Of a stretch of 64,000 nucleotides of DNA, positions 59,718 to 64,000 are shown in pieces; the first letter of the stretch is position 1; each line of letters begins with the position of its first letter. The stretch is from Promethearchaeota archaeon (lineage in GTDB: Archaea; Asgardarchaeota; Heimdallarchaeia; Hodarchaeales; Hodarchaeaceae). The notes below the pieces were generated by a model. The model saw only the letters and a list, made by a program, of their open reading frames with translations, was not told the DNA's origin and did not search any database. The position numbers and the translations under genes were made by a program. The stretch spans positions 183,318 through 247,317 of the forward strand of contig JBHLMN010000005.1 in assembly GCA_048938105.1 (NCBI GenBank), in the 5' to 3' direction.

Positions 59718-60461
59718 ATGAATGAAGCATTAAATACAATTCAAAAATTACGATCAATTCGTAATTTCTCAGAAAAGGAAATAATAGATACGGATTTAAA
59801 TATCATTCTTGATGCAGCAGTAAGAGCTGCTACCGCAGGAATGCAGCAGAGCTACTCAATAGTCGTGGTGAAGGATAAAGAGATTTTAAAAGAGTTTTTT
59901 TACAATGCAAACAAAGCATTGGTTTTCTGTGTTGACCATAATCGCCTTGTAGATACTGCAAAACACATAAATCAAGTTTATTTGGTCGATCGCCTAGAAG
60001 CATTTGTCACAGGAAGTACAGATACAATTCTTGCGGCACAAACAGCAGCAATTGCTGCAAAGTCACTTGGGATTGATTCCCTATTTACAAATTCAATTCA
60101 TAGGACCAATTTTCGGATTTATGAAATGTTAAACCTTCCTGAACGATATTGTTTCCCTTTAATCGCTCTTTGCCTTGGTTACCCCTCCAAAAAACCAAAG
60201 CACAAGAAAGGTCGACTTAGGAATTTCGGCATAATCCATTACAATAAATATCAGAAATTATCAACAGAAGAACTAAATAAAATCATTGAAGAATATGATA
60301 ATGAGGAGAACTATTTAACCTTTGTTAAGTGGAAAGAACTGGGATTTAAACACTATCTAGAATGGTATTTTACCGAATACTTCACACCTGTAGATACTCC
60401 AGAAACAAAAGCAATAACAGAGAGTTTTTACAGCACTCTGAAGAAAGTTTGCTATCTATAA
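59718..60461 (+). CDS. nitroreductase family protein (NfsA-like)
   Basis: RSIRNF, QSYSIVVV, FCVD, AAKSLGI and FPLIALCLGYP motifs. Confidence 0.9.
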   Translation: MNEALNTIQKLRSIRNFSEKEIIDTDLNIILDAAVRAATAGMQQSYSIVVVKDKEILKEFFYNANKALVFCVDHNRLVDTAKHINQVYLVDRLEAFVTGSTDTILAAQTAAIAAKSLGIDSLFTNSIHRTNFRIYEMLNLPERYCFPLIALCLGYPSKKPKHKKGRLRNFGIIHYNKYQKLSTEELNKIIEEYDNEENYLTFVKWKELGFKHYLEWYFTEYFTPVDTPETKAITESFYSTLKKVCYL

Positions 60462-60480
60462 TATTTTCCTTGGGATATTT

Positions 60481-60939
60481 ATGAGCTCGATGAAAGAACA
60501 AAGAGCAGGCGGATTCCTGATAGCTAAGATACATCAGTTGGCTGGACGAATATTCGCTAAGAAATTAAAACAATATCAACTTACTGAAATCAATCCTGCG
60601 CAAGGACGAATTTTGTTTCCTCTTTGGCAAAAAGACGGGATTTCTATCCGTGAATTGAGTAAAGAAACGTTATTGGGAAAATCAACTTTAACAACAATGT
60701 TAAAGCGACTAGAAGACGAAGGTCATATACAACGAATTCCCTCTGAGAAGGATCGTCGGAAGACACTAATAAAACTTACAGAAAAAAACCAAAAACTTCA
60801 GGAAAAATATGTTCAAGTGTCCAGTGAAATGAACGATCTGTTTTATCAGGGACTATCTGAACAGGAAAAGGATGAATTCGATAGATATTTGGAAAGAATT
60901 CTCGAAAATCTGACAATTTACAGTACTCAAAACAAGTAA
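60481..60939 (+). CDS. MarR family transcriptional regulator
   Basis: QGRILFPLW..GISIRELS..KSTLTTMLKRLE..DRRKTLIKLT. Confidence 0.93.
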   Translation: MSSMKEQRAGGFLIAKIHQLAGRIFAKKLKQYQLTEINPAQGRILFPLWQKDGISIRELSKETLLGKSTLTTMLKRLEDEGHIQRIPSEKDRRKTLIKLTEKNQKLQEKYVQVSSEMNDLFYQGLSEQEKDEFDRYLERILENLTIYSTQNK

Positions 60940-61083
60940 CATAAATAGTCGCAATAAAATGAATCAAGGTAGGAATAGAACAATACCCCTTTTCTCTGAA
61001 AGTAACTTCCGAAAAGAATGCTTTCAAATAAGAGAAAATAAAGATGAATCCCTCCCAAAGAATAAAATTCTGCCTTCCTCCTA

Positions 61084-62589
61084 TTAATCAAATATTCCAT
61101 GTATTTTCATTTTTAGTATTTGATCCAAGTTGAGGTTTTGAAAGCCTTTGTCTCTTAGACGTTGAATGTAAGAAGGAGTCACATTATGTATTGCTAATTT
61201 TATTAGATTATCAATGGAAATATCTTGAAAACCCATTTCACGAAGCTGTCGAATTGTATCTAGATTTATCCCGTGAATTTTCATCGTTTTCACTTTAGAA
61301 AACTCAATGTCAGAATATCCCGAATCTATAAGCTTAGTAATATAGTTAGGGGTCACACCATGAATTTTTGCGTCCTGAATTTCTTCTAATGATAACGAAT
61401 CATAACCTATGTCTCTGAAGCTAGTGATATAACTGATGCTCACATTATGAATGGCTAAATTTATGATAAGGTTAATGGGAACGTCATATCCGAGAGCTTG
61501 TAAACTAGATATAAACTCTGGAGTGACTCCATGGATTCGACACTTAATTACCTTATTTACCGATAAATTATGGTATCCAAGAGATTTTAACCCTATAATG
61601 TATTCAGAATCGATATCATGAATACGGAGTTTTACAAGTTGTCCTGGGAGAATACCAGGGAATAATTCTCTCATTGTATCAATAAATTCAAGAGAAACAT
61701 TGTGAATTCCAAATTGCCGAATCTGATTTGGAGTAAGATCAGTGAAATTCCGACCAATCAATCCTTCAACGAATTCTGGATTAATACTGTGAATGGAAAA
61801 TTTAACTAATTGATTGATAGAGAGATCCATATTTAAATCTTGGAATTGCTTAATAAAACCAATAGACACATTGTGAATCTGTAATTTTACTAACTGATTA
61901 ACTGACAAGTTTTCATAACCGTGTTCCTTCAGTTGATCGATAAATTCTGGAGTAACATCATGGATTCGTAATTTAACCAATTGATCGACTTCTAAGTTCT
62001 CAAATTCATTCCCTTTCTCGGCTAATTTTTGAATGAATTGGGGAGTTACTCCATGTATTCGCATCTTGATCAATTGGTTCACGGCTAAATTTGAATAACC
62101 AAGCTCCTGTAGTTCAAGGATGAAGTCAACTACAACATCATGTATTTTCATCTTTATTAGGTGTTCAGGTGGTAAATCAGCATACTGTATATCACTTAAG
62201 CTCTGAATGTATTCAGCTTCAATTCCATGGATAAGAAATTTAGCTAAATGATCATCTGAAAGCTTTTCATACCCAAGTTCTGATAAAGAATCCAAATATT
62301 CTGAGCTAACGTACTTCAAGGCTAACTTCTTGAGCTCCTTGTATGAAATAGAGCCATTAAATGTTTGTAACTCCTCTAAAAACCCAGAGGAAACATTTGG
62401 TAGAATTCGAGCAATGATCTTATCCAATTCACTAGAAGGAATAATTCCAGGAATATACAAGCTTGTATCGCTATAGAAAAGTTTTCTCGACTTTTCTTTG
62501 TCAATTTCTCTAAGTAATTCTTCCCCTTTTTGAGGAGACAATTCTCCTGTCGCAATTCGATTAAGAATATCAATTCGTTTTTCACTCAA
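61084..62589 (-). CDS. 29-aa helical tandem-repeat protein with N-terminal SHOCT-like segment
   Basis: 14 IH-containing repeats, consensus LVKLRIHGVTPEFIxxLxELGYxNLSVNQ; N-terminal RIDILNRIATGELSPQKGEELL. Confidence 0.85.
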   Translation of the reverse strand: MSEKRIDILNRIATGELSPQKGEELLREIDKEKSRKLFYSDTSLYIPGIIPSSELDKIIARILPNVSSGFLEELQTFNGSISYKELKKLALKYVSSEYLDSLSELGYEKLSDDHLAKFLIHGIEAEYIQSLSDIQYADLPPEHLIKMKIHDVVVDFILELQELGYSNLAVNQLIKMRIHGVTPQFIQKLAEKGNEFENLEVDQLVKLRIHDVTPEFIDQLKEHGYENLSVNQLVKLQIHNVSIGFIKQFQDLNMDLSINQLVKFSIHSINPEFVEGLIGRNFTDLTPNQIRQFGIHNVSLEFIDTMRELFPGILPGQLVKLRIHDIDSEYIIGLKSLGYHNLSVNKVIKCRIHGVTPEFISSLQALGYDVPINLIINLAIHNVSISYITSFRDIGYDSLSLEEIQDAKIHGVTPNYITKLIDSGYSDIEFSKVKTMKIHGINLDTIRQLREMGFQDISIDNLIKLAIHNVTPSYIQRLRDKGFQNLNLDQILKMKIHGIFD

Positions 62590-63116
62590 TCCAATAACCT
62601 CGTTGTTTTTTCCGAATAGTGTCTTATCAAAGAAGTACGACTGCCTTCAGTTACGATTATCAAGTCTTTCATGTATCAGAGGTTGCAGATACTTGAAATA
62701 TTGAGTAATCGAAAAGAACACTAAACTGAGTGAATTGAAAGGGATTTTTTTATAAAATCTTTTGTTCTGTCAATTTTTTGTAAATAAGTTCTTCAACTTT
62801 TTACCTAAACTATGGGATTACTGATGTGTGAGAATATTAAAATTAATTTGTGAGGATTAGAAGAAGATATTATTTCTAAAATGAGAAATTAAGTTCAGAG
62901 TTTTATTTTTGAATTGAAAAGGTCTTTTGACCTTGTTTTGATTACGAGAAAGCTGATAAGAATATAGAATCCTAGGGTTACTCCAAGTATAACAATGTCT
63001 TTCATCCGACTTCAAAATTTGGTATCATCCATTAGAAATTGTATAAATATAATGTATAAATTAAATCTCTTGATAAAATTGAAACAAGTGTAACTAAAAC
63101 CATAAGTTGATTGAAA

Positions 63117-64000
63117 ATGTATTTCAGCGATAAAGAATCAATTTTTAGTTTTAAAAACTGGAAACATGCTTATCTTTTCCTAGTAATATTGACAGGTATT
63201 AATTGTAGCCTCTATTGGATAATTACAACTTTCTTATTACCTCAAACTACTGAGATCGTTTTATTTTCGGACCCAAGCATTTCTGTTATAGTACTACTAC
63301 CTATTTGTGCAGGTGCGATCTTGATTCTAATGCGTTTTTTATTTAAGAGCAGTATTTATTTTAATTTGACTGCAGCAATAGTAATTCTTGTTGTTATAGT
63401 AATAATCTCTGCAAGTATCCTCTATATCTTTGAAAATACTGTACAAATGACTTTTTTTGCAATCATTTTTGGTATACCCAGTGGTTGTTGCCTAATATTC
63501 TATATATTACAATCCGTGAGACAACCATTAGACGAAATAATAAATATTACGTTAAAACTTTCAGAAGGAGATCTAAACATCGAAGTACCCTCAATCCAGA
63601 ATTTTGGGAAAGAATATGTAGAGATGAAAGAAGCTTATGAAGAAATGATAAAATATCTTGTGAATATCGTTACAACCATTAAAAAAAGTAGTGAGGACTT
63701 AGCTAGCAATTCTGAAGAATTAGCTGCAACTTCAGAGGAAGTGAACGCTTTAAGTGAAGAGATTGCAGCCACTATTCAGCAAATTAGTCGTGGAGCGTCA
63801 AATCAATCTGAGTTGTCAATGAAAAGTGTCGATAACATCAATAAAATGACTGAAGTAATAGATCGATCATTAAATGATGTTGAAAACGCCCTTCAAGTGA
63901 TTGAAGACATTGCTAGTCAAACGAATATCTTAGCATTAAATGCAGCTATTGAGGCTGCACGTGCAGGAGAATATGGTCGGGGATTTGCGGTTGTTGCTGA
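63117..64000 (+). CDS. methyl-accepting chemotaxis protein, partial (runs off window end)
   Basis: Manual translation from ATG 63117: about 4 TMs, HAMP (PLDEII..LSEGDL) and the signalling hairpin [27 protein letters not shown]. Confidence 0.93.
   Translation, partial: MYFSDKESIFSFKNWKHAYLFLVILTGINCSLYWIITTFLLPQTTEIVLFSDPSISVIVLLPICAGAILILMRFLFKSSIYFNLTAAIVILVVIVIISASILYIFENTVQMTFFAIIFGIPSGCCLIFYILQSVRQPLDEIINITLKLSEGDLNIEVPSIQNFGKEYVEMKEAYEEMIKYLVNIVTTIKKSSEDLASNSEELAATSEEVNALSEEIAATIQQISRGASNQSELSMKSVDNINKMTEVIDRSLNDVENALQVIEDIASQTNILALNAAIEAARAGEYGRGFAVVA

Overview
AT-rich (roughly 30% GC by eye) archaeal chromosomal segment. It is most likely Asgard (Heimdallarchaeia/Hodarchaeales-like); this is inferred from a Rab-like small GTPase, GGTGA ribosome-binding sites, TATA promoters, TrmB and HTH_10 regulators, a DUF2341 surface protein, a longin-like fragment and an MCP. 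1-2.5 kb: two FtsX/MacB-type permeases. 2.7-24.8 kb: a surface-glycan island with two GT-C-like membrane proteins, a radical SAM/SPASM enzyme, two tandem FemABX-like GNATs, a polysaccharide deacetylase, two GT4s, DUF354, an asparagine-synthetase-like amide ligase lacking the catalytic Cys, a flippase, two epimerase/dehydratases and a nucleotidyltransferase. 25-64 kb: a mosaic accessory region with a zincin peptidase, an EamA + HTH_10 + non-pyrrolysine MttB module with a repeated palindromic operator, a PAS histidine kinase, the small GTPase, PAP2, MscL, a membrane-anchored SF2 helicase, a nested-domain DUF2341 protein, a B12-radical SAM enzyme, an MFS, PI-PLC, RidA, IMPase, a MarR/nitroreductase operon, a 29-aa His-repeat protein, a partial MCP and many gene remnants. 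Best candidate for a new system: a winged-HTH-SAVED fusion (50.9-52.0 kb) with no cyclase in the window, followed by a TATA box, a perfect palindromic operator, two unannotated micro-ORFs (a basic 20-aa peptide and a basic/Trp-acidic 40-aa peptide) and a hairpin. No rRNA, tRNA, CRISPR array or intact transposase was seen.
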